64,000 nt of DNA, taken from a virus (taxonomy: Duplodnaviria; Caudoviricetes). Below are positions 53,093-63,290 of this stretch, piece by piece (position 1 is the first letter of the stretch; the number at the start of each line of letters is the position of its first letter). The stretch covers positions 2,263-66,262 of IMG/VR virus record IMGVR_UViG_3300012665_000475. One strand, written 5' to 3'. Below the pieces are notes generated by a model that saw only the letters and a list, made by a program, of their open reading frames with translations, did not search any database and was not told where the DNA came from. The position numbers and the translations under genes were made by a program.

Positions 53093-53419
53093 ATGAAAAC
53101 AATCGAAGCAGTTTCAATTTGGGATAATGGCACAGTTCAACAAGCAACTGTACTTAACTCATACGCAGTTAATGTTACTTTAAACACATCGGCTAATTTT
53201 TGGTACGGATTATTTGCTACAACTGAAGAAGGCGGTGTAGGAACACAGCTTGCACAAGGTAATTTATTGATGACAGGAGAGGCGTATGCTGAATGGTCAC
53301 AAGATACTTATGCTTGGGACTGGATTGCGTCTCAATTAAATTTAACTATAACTGGAGATTACGTAAAACCGGTACCTGTAGTAGAAGAAACTGTTGTACC
53401 TGAAGAACCTATTGTGTAA
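53093..53419 (+). CDS. Tail fibre assembly-like protein
   Basis: MKTI..VSIW.NG....A, GNL.M.GEAY..W, Y.WDWIA.QLNLT. Confidence 0.5.
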   Translation: MKTIEAVSIWDNGTVQQATVLNSYAVNVTLNTSANFWYGLFATTEEGGVGTQLAQGNLLMTGEAYAEWSQDTYAWDWIASQLNLTITGDYVKPVPVVEETVVPEEPIV

Positions 53420-53439
53420 CTTTACAAAAAAAATATATT

Positions 53440-53709
53440 ATGAAACTTAATTTTAATTTTAATCTAACCGATTTAGACGGTAAAGAAATCGAAAATGGTA
53501 ATGTAGGCAAAATATTAGCCAATACATTAATTAATCAAACTAAGGGTGATGCTGTTAAGTATTGGGAATGGGCTCTTGCTTTAAACAAAGGAGAGGTTAT
53601 TGATCTAGATACATCTGACCAAGAAACACTTAAAAATTTTGTAAAAGACACTGAAGTACTTCCTGTGTTAACTAAGGCTCAGTTATTGAAAGTTCTTAAG
53701 AAGGACTAG
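53440..53709 (+). CDS. Hypothetical protein
   Basis: 89-aa ORF; L.DLDG.EI...KYWEWAL.L..G..I.LD.SD motif. Confidence 0.6.
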   Translation: MKLNFNFNLTDLDGKEIENGNVGKILANTLINQTKGDAVKYWEWALALNKGEVIDLDTSDQETLKNFVKDTEVLPVLTKAQLLKVLKKD

Positions 53710-55707
53710 TCTATTAATTACATCATCAGCAGTTATACTCCTCTGACATTCAAATTGTCGAGGAGTATTTCTATATATGGGGCACCAGTCCCACGACTTG
53801 TCAAATTTAAAGTTTTGATTGTTCCAACATCCATTGCAAACATTCTTATTTGTGATGCGAATGCATTCAAACTCGTGGTCCTCTTCAGCGAAGTTATTAA
53901 TCATAACTACCTCTTTTCCTAAAGCCCAAGCGAGCCAACTCACGCCACTTCCTAATCCAATAAAGAATTCACTGTGGTCAATTAACGCCATTGTGTCGTA
54001 GATATTGTGATTAATAATCTGCTCACAGTTATCGAACGGATTCTCTTCAAGCGATACGTTAATTACTTTGTAGCCTTTCTCGTGCAAATAGTTAATTACT
54101 CCTTGCCATCCCTCCTTTGTCCAGAACTTACAGCCTGATGTGGAGTTAGTAGCAATGGTGACATACTTACTATCAGGTAATGCTTTCTTAGATGCATACA
54201 TTAATCTTGGGCTCATCTCTTTGAAGTCAAGACCAAGAATATTAGTTGCAGCCTCTTGTAGCTTAATAGTATTTGGCAATACTGGTTCTTTGTTTGAATC
54301 ATAGAACCAACCAATATTATATTGAGCATATATATTAGGCACCACCGTTCCCGGCTCTACTAACTCTATCTCAGGAATGTCAAGTATTTTGTTCAAAAAA
54401 GTTGACATAATCACCTCGCATCTGTGTTTCTTTTGAAACTCTACAGCGTATGGAGCCCAAGCAATTGTGTCGCCTAACGATTTACTTGATAAAGCGATGT
54501 ACACACGCTTGCCTTCTAGGTCAAGTACGTTATCGTGAATTAGTTTGCCATCCATATAGACTTTACTATGCCACTTAGTATAGTATTGTCTGTTTAGTTT
54601 GACCCAACAGTTTGATCCGATAGTATTCTCGTAGACTAATTTGTCGCCATCAAAGTATTGCACCTTAAAGTCTGCTTTCAATCCTGACTTAATCTCTAGG
54701 TATGGTTGACCAACAAAGTGTTGGATGATTTTAACATCTTGTTCTTGTTTGTCAAGTGTCATTACTTTGTTGTAGAATGCCTTTTGCTTGTCCCAGAATT
54801 TAACTGATGTATTATCTGTAGGTACATTGTAATTACATTTAATAGTATTTAGATCGGTGTCGATAGGCTGAATATACTTATCAAACATTGAGCCGTATTG
54901 TGGCAGGTTGTGAGCTATAATTGGCTTGCCAAAAGATATTGCCTCACGTAATACCAATGGGTTACATTCCCAAGTAGAGTTGAACATAAAGATGTCGGCC
55001 CATCTCATATACATTTCTACGTTACCTTTCTCCCCCCATATTATCACGTTTGAAGGAATGTCTTTCATTAAAGGTTCCCAGTAATGCTTGAAGTTTATAG
55101 CTTGGTTGCCAATAAAATGAAATTGCATATGAGGATACTTTCTAGCTATCTCAAGACCCTCGGCTTGGTTCTTACCTGGAGTCCATAATCCTACATTGAC
55201 TACGTTTATTTTACTTGTGTCAAAAGGATTTAGATACAGGTCATTTCTTTTATCATCAATAGGAAACTCAATCACCTCTTTGTAAGATGGCGATGAAGCG
55301 AATGTTTCTAAGTGATGTGGCGTGCAGAAGTAATACGCATCAGGATGAAATATCTTTTCTTTGTCGTGGTTAAACGATACGTCGTGGCACGTCTCCACGA
55401 TTCGATAGTTTCGGTCTTCCCGATATAACTCAGAAATCATATCACGATTAAAGCGTTCAGCTGGCTCGTGAATGTGAACAATGTCAGGGTTGAACTTAGC
55501 TATGATATTAAATAACTTCATCTTGTCCTCGTGCAAAGTATGAAAAGGAACAAGACTTTTAATGGCATTACGTTGCACGACATAGTCTAGGCTATGGCAT
55601 TGATACTCTACTACCTCTATCTCTGAATTACTGCAGATAATACTTTGTAAAACAAAACCTGGCATCCCTCCAGTTGAGCAATGTGGAATTAAGTATAGTA
55701 GCTTCAT
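53683..55707 (-). CDS. Fused glycosyltransferase: GT4-like N-half + autotransporter O-heptosyltransferase (Aah/TibC-like) C-half
   Basis: N: PHCSTGG, VG..TPGKNQ, FNSTWECNPLVLREA (GT4 ExxxxxxEA); C: SKSLGDTIAW, FIGLGSGVSWLAWALGK, and the four-Cys CNGCWN...WCP...FECQRSIT motif. Confidence 0.8.
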   Translation of the reverse strand: MKLLYLIPHCSTGGMPGFVLQSIICSNSEIEVVEYQCHSLDYVVQRNAIKSLVPFHTLHEDKMKLFNIIAKFNPDIVHIHEPAERFNRDMISELYREDRNYRIVETCHDVSFNHDKEKIFHPDAYYFCTPHHLETFASSPSYKEVIEFPIDDKRNDLYLNPFDTSKINVVNVGLWTPGKNQAEGLEIARKYPHMQFHFIGNQAINFKHYWEPLMKDIPSNVIIWGEKGNVEMYMRWADIFMFNSTWECNPLVLREAISFGKPIIAHNLPQYGSMFDKYIQPIDTDLNTIKCNYNVPTDNTSVKFWDKQKAFYNKVMTLDKQEQDVKIIQHFVGQPYLEIKSGLKADFKVQYFDGDKLVYENTIGSNCWVKLNRQYYTKWHSKVYMDGKLIHDNVLDLEGKRVYIALSSKSLGDTIAWAPYAVEFQKKHRCEVIMSTFLNKILDIPEIELVEPGTVVPNIYAQYNIGWFYDSNKEPVLPNTIKLQEAATNILGLDFKEMSPRLMYASKKALPDSKYVTIATNSTSGCKFWTKEGWQGVINYLHEKGYKVINVSLEENPFDNCEQIINHNIYDTMALIDHSEFFIGLGSGVSWLAWALGKEVVMINNFAEEDHEFECIRITNKNVCNGCWNNQNFKFDKSWDWCPIYRNTPRQFECQRSITADDVINRLVLLKNFQ

Positions 55708-55756
55708 ATGCTAAAATTAAAATATAATTAGTACTTTTACAAAAAAATATAATACA

Positions 55757-56011
55757 ATGGATAAATTAACACAAGACGAGTTGGATCGTTTCAGAGCAGC
55801 TCATACAGAAATCAGAAATCTTCGCAACGCTTTAGCAGATGCTGAGATTCAAATTCACAATTCCAAAGTAGAGAAACAATCTATTTTAGCTCAATTAGAT
55901 ACAGCTGGTACAACACACGTTGCTATCCAACAAGAACTACACGCTAAGTACGGAGATATTACGATTGACTTTGCGACAGGAGAAATCAAGAACAAAGATG
56001 GTAATTCGTAA
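55757..56011 (+). CDS. Small coiled-coil protein
   Basis: Heptad pattern, ends KYGDITIDFATGEI. Confidence 0.65.
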   Translation: MDKLTQDELDRFRAAHTEIRNLRNALADAEIQIHNSKVEKQSILAQLDTAGTTHVAIQQELHAKYGDITIDFATGEIKNKDGNS

Positions 56012-56216
56012 AATATCAGTTGGTGCAGATTATAAGAATGCAATGAATTATATGCATAATCAATCTGTACTCCAAGGAAACTACAAGATACATTTGATTC
56101 GTCAGACCGAATCTGGAGATATTGAAATCTTCATTGAGGCTAATGATGAGGTGGTCTTATGGAAAAAGATTAATGGCAATATGCCATTCTTAATTGAATA
56201 TAATATAGATTTCTAA
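55998..56216 (+). CDS. Conserved small phage protein (start MVIRKISVG)
   Basis: IRKIS.G.DYKNAM.Y...Q.V, WKK.N.NMP..IEYNIDF; ATG at 55998 overlaps the previous gene end. Confidence 0.65.
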   Translation: MVIRKISVGADYKNAMNYMHNQSVLQGNYKIHLIRQTESGDIEIFIEANDEVVLWKKINGNMPFLIEYNIDF

Positions 56217-56217
56217 T

Positions 56218-56781
56218 ATGAAGTCCCCATTTTACTTTATAGTGCAACCCCGTGATGGCAAGAGATATGACAACACGAGGGGAGAGCTCATTATTTCTAC
56301 ATCGAAAGAAGACCACCTTGCCACTATGCGTGAGGCTGTTGTTATCTCTACGCCTATTGGATACGAGGGTCCTGTTGAACCAGGTGATAAGGTCATTGTG
56401 CATCATAATACTTTTAGGTTGTATTACGATATGCGTGGTAGAGAGAAGTCTGCTTGGAATTACTTCCGAGAGGACTTGTATTTTATTGACGATCCGTATG
56501 CATACAAGAAGCCTGGTGCTGATTGGATTGGTATTGGTCGATACGTGTTCATTTCTCCGGTAGAGAATAATAGCACAGGCATACTTACTGCGGATGCAGA
56601 GAAGCCTCTTGTAGGCACGATAAAGTATCCAAACGAAGAAGTATTAGCATTAGGATTAAAAGAGGGTGACACGGTCACGTTTGAGCCTGAGAGCGAGTAT
56701 CCATTCTACATTGATGGTGAGAAAGTATATCGTATGTATACTAAGAATCTAACAATTAAATTAGATGAACAAAATAACTGA
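56218..56781 (+). CDS. GroES-like protein with two tandem GroES-like halves
   Basis: FIVQP......T.GELII...V..TP.....V.PGD.VIV and VFISP......GIL......GTIKY.....L..GD.V.F. Confidence 0.6.
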   Translation: MKSPFYFIVQPRDGKRYDNTRGELIISTSKEDHLATMREAVVISTPIGYEGPVEPGDKVIVHHNTFRLYYDMRGREKSAWNYFREDLYFIDDPYAYKKPGADWIGIGRYVFISPVENNSTGILTADAEKPLVGTIKYPNEEVLALGLKEGDTVTFEPESEYPFYIDGEKVYRMYTKNLTIKLDEQNN

Positions 56782-57046
56782 GTTAAAGAAACGCATCATT
56801 GACTCTGGATATAAAGCTGTCGAGGAGTTAATCAAGGTTGCTGAGGAGAAGATTGTCACACATATGGATGATGACTTGTCTGCAGACAAACTAAAGAATG
56901 CAGCAGCGGCTAAGAAGTTAGCAATTATGGATGCATTTGAGATTCTTAAAAGAGTCGAGGAGGAGAATAATATTATTGAGGGAGTAGTTGGAAACTCTGC
57001 ACCTACTAACCGTGGGTTTGCAGAACAAAGAGCAAAAGGTAAATAA
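56765..57046 (+). CDS. Conserved helical protein, candidate terminase small subunit
   Basis: Position two genes before terL; L.ADKLKNAAAAKKLAI.DAFEIL. Confidence 0.4.
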   Translation: MNKITELKKRIIDSGYKAVEELIKVAEEKIVTHMDDDLSADKLKNAAAAKKLAIMDAFEILKRVEEENNIIEGVVGNSAPTNRGFAEQRAKGK

Positions 57047-57507
57047 TGGTAGTAGATAATTTTTTACCGAACCCTGATCATCACTTAAAGAATATTTTAA
57101 GTGGCCAGTTCTATGATGTACCCGATGGAGATAAAGTCTTCAAAGGTATACAGCCTAGAGATGGAGATGAGGTAGCTCAGTTACTACTTAATATGTATCC
57201 TGATTATGAGATAGCTCATAACTTTGTTCGTCTATCTCCTGAGGGTCAAGAAGAACCTAACTTCATTCACACAGACGAGATGATGGGAGATTTGACTGCA
57301 ATATTATATTTAACAAAAAATCCACCACAAGAAGATGGTACTACTTTGTATGACGAGTGTTACAATAAAATATTAATTACTAACGCTAAGTTTAATAGAC
57401 TGTTTGTATTTGATTCTATAATTCCTCATTCTAGGAATATCTATAATAATTACGGACAAGGAGAGGATTCTAGAATTGTTCAAGTTGCATTCTTAAAAAA
57501 GATATGA
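57046..57507 (+). CDS. 2OG-Fe(II) oxygenase (DUF6445-like)
   Basis: VVDNF..NP, HTD (HxD), ILYL, GT.LY, KFNRL.VFD....HS (distal His), R.VQV.F. Confidence 0.75.
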   Translation: MVVDNFLPNPDHHLKNILSGQFYDVPDGDKVFKGIQPRDGDEVAQLLLNMYPDYEIAHNFVRLSPEGQEEPNFIHTDEMMGDLTAILYLTKNPPQEDGTTLYDECYNKILITNAKFNRLFVFDSIIPHSRNIYNNYGQGEDSRIVQVAFLKKI

Positions 57508-59717
57508 GTTTATTCTACATTGAAGATTCTAATGTTCCTGAGAAAATTCTTGCAAAGAGAAACGCAAAGAAGGATTGGGAATATGGCTGGGATCCTGAGT
57601 ACGACTTTGTGGTTGTGTCAAAAGATGGCACTATTGGAGAAGTGTACAATATCAGTGGACTAAGAGTTGCTCTGCCATTAGCTCCTGAGAAAGTTGATTA
57701 CGATGGGAATAAGTGGCAAGCTACAGAACTTCCAAAAGAATTATCTCGCATCAAGACCATCTTTGATTGGAACCGTCGTGACAATTCATTTAAGTCTCAA
57801 TGGGTAGACTACATCGAGAAAGAGTTTGATAGACGTGAGCTTGGCTATTGGTTTACAAACAAAGAAGAAAAGACCTACATCACAGGTGCACACTATATGT
57901 ATCTGCAATGGTCAAAGACCGACGTAGGTCATCCTGACTTCCGTGAGTCAAATAGAATATTCTTTATATTTTGGGAAGCGTGTAAGGCTGACAGCAGATG
58001 CTTTGGTATGTGCTACCTTAAGAACCGTCGTTCAGGTTTCTCTTTTATGGCCTCCTCAGAAGCTGTGAACATTGCAACCTTAGCTAAGGATGCTCGTATA
58101 GGTTTAACATCTAAGACGGGTCCCGATGCCAAGAAGATGTTTACCGACAAGGTAGTTCCGATTGCAAATAACTATCCATTCTTTTTTCAACCGGTGCGTG
58201 ATGGTATGACAACTCCTAAGACGGAGCTTGCCTTCCGTGTACCAGCTTCTAAGATTACTCGTAAGAATATGCACGAGGAGAACGAAGAAGAGATTGATGG
58301 ATTGGATACAACTATTGACTGGCGTAACACAGCAGACAACTCCTATGATGGAGAAAAATTATTATATTTGGTTGAGGATGAGGCTGCTAAGTTAGAGCGT
58401 CCTATGAACATAGAGAACGGTTGGCGTGTCAGAAAAACTTGTCTTCGTTTAGGTGCTAGGATCATCGGTAAGTGTATGATGGGATCAACATCTAATGCAC
58501 TAGATAAAGGTGGAGAAAACTATAAACGTATTTACTATGACTCGAACGTTAGGAAGAGAAATCAAAATGGTCAGACTATATCGGGCCTATATTCGCTCTT
58601 TATTCCAATGGAGTATAACTTTGAGGGATATATTGATGAGTACGGTCACGCAGTCTTAGAACGACCTGAGAAACCTGTACGTTCGGCAGAAGGGACTTGG
58701 ATAACACAAGGCGTAATTGAGTATTGGAATAACGAGGTTGCATCGCTAAAGGCTAACCCTGATGCACTAAACGAATTCTATCGTCAGTTCCCTAGAACTG
58801 AATCACACGCTTTCCGTGATGAAACTAAGTCGTCTCTATTTAACTTAACTAAAATCTATCAGCAGATAGACTACAATGACAGTTTAGTACAAGACCACGT
58901 AGTAACACGTGGATACTTTCACTGGGCTAACGGAGAGAAAGATACTAAAGTTATTTGGACTCCCGATAAGAATGGTAGATTCTTAGTATCTTGGATACCT
59001 GGACCAAACATCAACAATAATTATATTACTAAGAATGGGAATAGATATCCGGGTAATGAGCATATTGGTGCGTTTGGTTGTGACCCCTACGACATCTCAG
59101 GTGCGACCTTTGGTGGATCAAACGGTTCGCTCCACGGGTTGACCAAGTTTAATATGACAGGTGCTCCGTCAAATACATTCTTTCTAGAATACATTGCTCG
59201 TCCACAAACAGCAGAGATATTTTTCGAAGAAGTATTGATGGCCTGTGTTTTTTATGGTATGCCTATTCTTTGCGAGAACAACAAAGCACGTCTTTTGTAT
59301 CACTTTAAGAATAGAGGCTACCGTGGATTCTCGATGAACCGTCCTGATAAGCACGCACACAAATTGTCATTCACAGAAAGAGAGATTGGTGGTATACCAT
59401 CATCAAGTGAAGATATCAAGCAGGCACACGCCACAGCAATCGAGACATACATCGAGCGTTTTGTGGGATTGGATATGGAGGGAAACTATCGTCAGCCTGA
59501 TGAAATAGGCGATATGCCATTTAATAAGACACTTCAGGACTGGGCTAGATTCGATGTAAACGACAGAACAAAGTATGATGCATCAATTAGTTCAGGATAT
59601 GCTATTATGGCAAATCAAAAGCACGTATATTTGCCTGAGAAAAAAGAGTCAAAAATAAGCATTAAATTTGCAACTTACGATAACACTGGTTCTTTCAGTA
59701 GAATTAACAAGATATGA
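57504..59717 (+). CDS. terL: Terminase large subunit
   Basis: YLKNRRSGFS (Walker A variant), DEAAK (Walker B), MGSTSN, FYRQFP, FGCDPYD nuclease motif. Confidence 0.92.
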   Translation: MSLFYIEDSNVPEKILAKRNAKKDWEYGWDPEYDFVVVSKDGTIGEVYNISGLRVALPLAPEKVDYDGNKWQATELPKELSRIKTIFDWNRRDNSFKSQWVDYIEKEFDRRELGYWFTNKEEKTYITGAHYMYLQWSKTDVGHPDFRESNRIFFIFWEACKADSRCFGMCYLKNRRSGFSFMASSEAVNIATLAKDARIGLTSKTGPDAKKMFTDKVVPIANNYPFFFQPVRDGMTTPKTELAFRVPASKITRKNMHEENEEEIDGLDTTIDWRNTADNSYDGEKLLYLVEDEAAKLERPMNIENGWRVRKTCLRLGARIIGKCMMGSTSNALDKGGENYKRIYYDSNVRKRNQNGQTISGLYSLFIPMEYNFEGYIDEYGHAVLERPEKPVRSAEGTWITQGVIEYWNNEVASLKANPDALNEFYRQFPRTESHAFRDETKSSLFNLTKIYQQIDYNDSLVQDHVVTRGYFHWANGEKDTKVIWTPDKNGRFLVSWIPGPNINNNYITKNGNRYPGNEHIGAFGCDPYDISGATFGGSNGSLHGLTKFNMTGAPSNTFFLEYIARPQTAEIFFEEVLMACVFYGMPILCENNKARLLYHFKNRGYRGFSMNRPDKHAHKLSFTEREIGGIPSSSEDIKQAHATAIETYIERFVGLDMEGNYRQPDEIGDMPFNKTLQDWARFDVNDRTKYDASISSGYAIMANQKHVYLPEKKESKISIKFATYDNTGSFSRINKI

Positions 59718-62146
59718 ACAAACCTCTTGGAATATTAATGCCAGATACCCAATTTCCATCTCAGTTAGCAACTGACGAAGAAAAGGCATCTTGGGAGTAC
59801 GGCTTAAGAATTGGGCAAAGCATCTCATATGAATGGTTTGCGAAGACAGGCAATAGTTGCCGATATTATTCACAATGGATTGATTTCCACCGCATTAGAT
59901 TATACGCTAGAGGAGAACAACCAATAGCTAAATATAAAAGCCAATTAGAAGTAGATGGCGATATGTCGCACATCAACCTTGATTGGACTCCTGTTCCAAT
60001 TATCCCTAAGTTTGTTGACATCGTTGTTAACGGTATGCACGACCGCTTATTTGAGGTTAAGGCGTATGCACAAGATGCAATGTCAATGGACAATCGTTTT
60101 GGATTTCAACAAATGGTTGAAAGGGATATGATTGCCAAAGATGTTTTAAAGATAGGTAAAGAACAGTTAGGTGTTGATGCTTATAACATTCCTGAGGAAG
60201 ATATTCCAGAGAACGAACAAGAGTTATCGTTATATATGCAGCTTAAGTATAAGCCTGCTATTGAGATTGCAGAAGAGGAGGCAATCAATACTATCTTAGA
60301 TTTAAACCATTATCAAGACGTTCGTAAAAGGGTCGACTACGATATCACAACAATTGGCATAGGAGTAGTAAAGCACTCATTTGTTCCAGGAACTGGTGTT
60401 CGTGTTGAGTATGTTGACCCCGCTAACATTGTATATAGTTACACAGAATCCCCAACATTTGACGATTGTTTCTATTGGGGTGAAGTAAAGCAAGTACCAA
60501 TCACTGAACTAATTAAGATTAAGCCAGACATTACAAAAGAGGAGTTGGCAGAGATTCAGCAATTAGGAACAGCGTGGTACAATTATTATGGAATTATGCG
60601 TCCTTACCGTAGCGATATCTTTAATAGAGATGTAGTTACGTTATTATATTTTAACTATAAAACAGACAAAACTTTTGTTTACAAGAAGAAATATCTTGAA
60701 AACAATGGTGTTCGTGTAATCCAAAAAAATGAAAATTTTAACCCTCCTGAGGGAACTGAAGAAAGATTCGAAAGAATTGAAAAGAGAATTGATGTTTGGT
60801 ACGAAGGTATTATGGTACCTGGATCTCCTTATTTACTTAAGTGGGAGCTTGCTCGCAATATGGTTCGCCCTAAGTCTGCTTCTCAATATGCGTTACCAAA
60901 CTACATCGCTGTAGCACCAAGAATGTACAAAGGAATTGTTGAGTCGTTGACTCGTCGTATGATTCCTTTTGCTGACTTAATTCAAATGACCCATCTTAAA
61001 TTACAACAAGTTCTACAACGTGTTGTGCCAGATGGTGTGTTCATTGATGCTGATGGTATTAATGAGGTTGATTTGGGTACAGGTGGTTCTTACAATCCAG
61101 AAGACGCTTTACGTTTGTATTTCCAAACGGGTAGTGTTATTGGACGTAGTATGACAACCGATGGTGATTTAAACCACGGTCGTATTCCAATCCAAGAACT
61201 TAATACTAATAGCGGTCAAGGTAAGATTACTGCATTAATCAATGCATACAATCAATACTTAAGTATGATCCGTGATGTAACAGGATTGAATGAAGCACGT
61301 GATGCCTCTACTCCAAACCCTGATGCATTAGTTGGTGTACAGAAACTTGCAGCACTTAATTCAAATACTGCAACTCGCCATATCTTAGAGGGAAGTTTAT
61401 TTATTACTCGCAGATTGTCTGAAGCGTTATCACTTCGTATTGCTGACATCTTGGAATACTCTGATTTCAAAGAGGAGTTTACAATGCAGATTGGTAAGTA
61501 TGCTGTTGGTATCTTAGAAGAAATCAAAGACTTGTACTTACACGACTTTGGTATTTTCATCGAGGTTGCTCCTGACGAAGAAGAAAAAGGACAACTAGAA
61601 GCGAATATTCAGATGGCCCTACAGCGTGATCAAATATCACTTGAGGATGCTATTGATATTCGTCAGATGAAGAATATTAAAATTGCTAATGAATTATTGA
61701 AGCTTAAGCGTAAGAATAAGCAGAAGCAAGATATGGAGAATGAGCAAGCTAAGATTCAAATGCAAACTCAAGGCAATATCCAATCTTCTCAAGCGGCAGC
61801 TCAATTTAAACTACAAGCTATTCAAGCTGAGGCACAAGCTAAAGCAATGATTGCTCAAAACCAAATGCAATTGGATGTGCAGCGTATGCAGGCAGAAGCT
61901 CAGATTAAAGAGCAGTTAATGTCTGTTGAGTTCCAATACAATATGCAGTTAAAAGGTATGGAGGTCGAGAAGATTAAGCAATTAGATATGGACAAAGAGA
62001 AAGCTAAGGATGATCGCACAAAACTCCAAGCTACTCAGCAATCAAAGTTAATTGAGCAACGTCAAAAAGACCTACCTGCAATGAACTTTGAGTCTGAAGA
62101 AGACTCGTTAGACGGCTTCAGTTTGGAGCAATTTAACCCAAGATAA
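59714..62146 (+). CDS. Portal protein
   Basis: 810 aa after terL; RLYARGEQ...YK, LDWTPVPIIPKFVDIVVNG, Gln-rich C-terminal coiled coil. Confidence 0.9.
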   Translation: MNKPLGILMPDTQFPSQLATDEEKASWEYGLRIGQSISYEWFAKTGNSCRYYSQWIDFHRIRLYARGEQPIAKYKSQLEVDGDMSHINLDWTPVPIIPKFVDIVVNGMHDRLFEVKAYAQDAMSMDNRFGFQQMVERDMIAKDVLKIGKEQLGVDAYNIPEEDIPENEQELSLYMQLKYKPAIEIAEEEAINTILDLNHYQDVRKRVDYDITTIGIGVVKHSFVPGTGVRVEYVDPANIVYSYTESPTFDDCFYWGEVKQVPITELIKIKPDITKEELAEIQQLGTAWYNYYGIMRPYRSDIFNRDVVTLLYFNYKTDKTFVYKKKYLENNGVRVIQKNENFNPPEGTEERFERIEKRIDVWYEGIMVPGSPYLLKWELARNMVRPKSASQYALPNYIAVAPRMYKGIVESLTRRMIPFADLIQMTHLKLQQVLQRVVPDGVFIDADGINEVDLGTGGSYNPEDALRLYFQTGSVIGRSMTTDGDLNHGRIPIQELNTNSGQGKITALINAYNQYLSMIRDVTGLNEARDASTPNPDALVGVQKLAALNSNTATRHILEGSLFITRRLSEALSLRIADILEYSDFKEEFTMQIGKYAVGILEEIKDLYLHDFGIFIEVAPDEEEKGQLEANIQMALQRDQISLEDAIDIRQMKNIKIANELLKLKRKNKQKQDMENEQAKIQMQTQGNIQSSQAAAQFKLQAIQAEAQAKAMIAQNQMQLDVQRMQAEAQIKEQLMSVEFQYNMQLKGMEVEKIKQLDMDKEKAKDDRTKLQATQQSKLIEQRQKDLPAMNFESEEDSLDGFSLEQFNPR

Positions 62147-62156
62147 TTTTTATTAT

Positions 62157-62164
62157 TACTTTTG
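62157..62164 (+). promoter_or_regulatory. Bacteroidota -7 box (TACTTTTG)
   Basis: 19 nt before the ATG at 62184. Confidence 0.55.
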
Positions 62165-62183
62165 TGCAACTAAATTAAATTAA

Positions 62184-63272
62184 ATGGATAATATTCAAGT
62201 AAAACTTGTAGACTTTGAGGAAAAGTCTGTGCAAGAAATCGAGCAAAAGTTGCTTGAGGAGCACGAACAAAAGATGGCAGAACCTGTAGAGCCAGTTATA
62301 GAAACACCTACAGATGAGCCAGTTATTGATTCACCACAGTTTGGTGATAACGACGTTCTTTCATATTTAAAAACAAAGTTCAACAAGGAGGTTAACTCTT
62401 TGGATGAATTGTTTACAGAAAAACCACAACAACAGGAATTACTTCCTGAGGATGTAAATGCTTTCTTAAAATTCAAGAAAGAGACAGGTCGTGGTTTAGA
62501 AGATTTCTATCGTGTTAATCAAGATTTTTCTAAGATTACACCAGAAAGACTTCTAGCTGATTATATGCGTGAGACTAATCCTGATTTTGACGATGAGGAT
62601 ATCGCATTCGAGTACGAATCAAGATTTGGTTATGATGAAGACGAGGATGATGAAAAAGAAATCAAACGCAAAAAGTTAGCACTTAAAAAAGAACTTGGCA
62701 AGGCGTCAAAGTACTTTGAAGAACAAAAGGAAAAATATAAAGCTCCCCTTGAGTCGAGGATGGAGTCTGCTATTCCTGCTGAAGACAAAGAAGCTTTGGA
62801 ATCTTACAAGCAATATATCAGCCAATCTTCTGCGATGCAGCAAGAGCAAGCTAAAAAGTCGGAGTACTTTATTAATAAGACAAACGATTTATTCTCTGAT
62901 GAATTCAAAGGTTTTGATTTCAAAATTGGAGATAAAGAGATTTCTTACAAACCGGGAACTCCAGAGCAGCTGAAAGCTCAACAAACAGACATTTCTAAAT
63001 TCTTTAACAATTTTGTTAATGAAGATGGATACATTAAGGATGCTAAACAGTATCACAAAACAATTGCTGCGGCAATGAATCCTGATGCGATGGCCAAATT
63101 CTTTTATGATATGGGCAAAGCAGATGCAATTGATGACTCAGCTCGTCAAAGCAAGAACATCGATATGAGCGTTAGAAATGCTCCACAAAATATCGACAAA
63201 GGTGGATTCAAAGTAACAGCATTGGATAGTGATCACGGTAACAGACTTAAGATTAAATCTTTAAAAAACTAA
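62184..63272 (+). CDS. Scaffolding-like protein between portal and capsid
   Basis: Acidic N-terminus, KETGRGLEDF, AMNPD..AKFFY..GKAD; position. Confidence 0.7.
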   Translation: MDNIQVKLVDFEEKSVQEIEQKLLEEHEQKMAEPVEPVIETPTDEPVIDSPQFGDNDVLSYLKTKFNKEVNSLDELFTEKPQQQELLPEDVNAFLKFKKETGRGLEDFYRVNQDFSKITPERLLADYMRETNPDFDDEDIAFEYESRFGYDEDEDDEKEIKRKKLALKKELGKASKYFEEQKEKYKAPLESRMESAIPAEDKEALESYKQYISQSSAMQQEQAKKSEYFINKTNDLFSDEFKGFDFKIGDKEISYKPGTPEQLKAQQTDISKFFNNFVNEDGYIKDAKQYHKTIAAAMNPDAMAKFFYDMGKADAIDDSARQSKNIDMSVRNAPQNIDKGGFKVTALDSDHGNRLKIKSLKN

Positions 63273-63290
63273 AACCAAAAAAACAAAACA

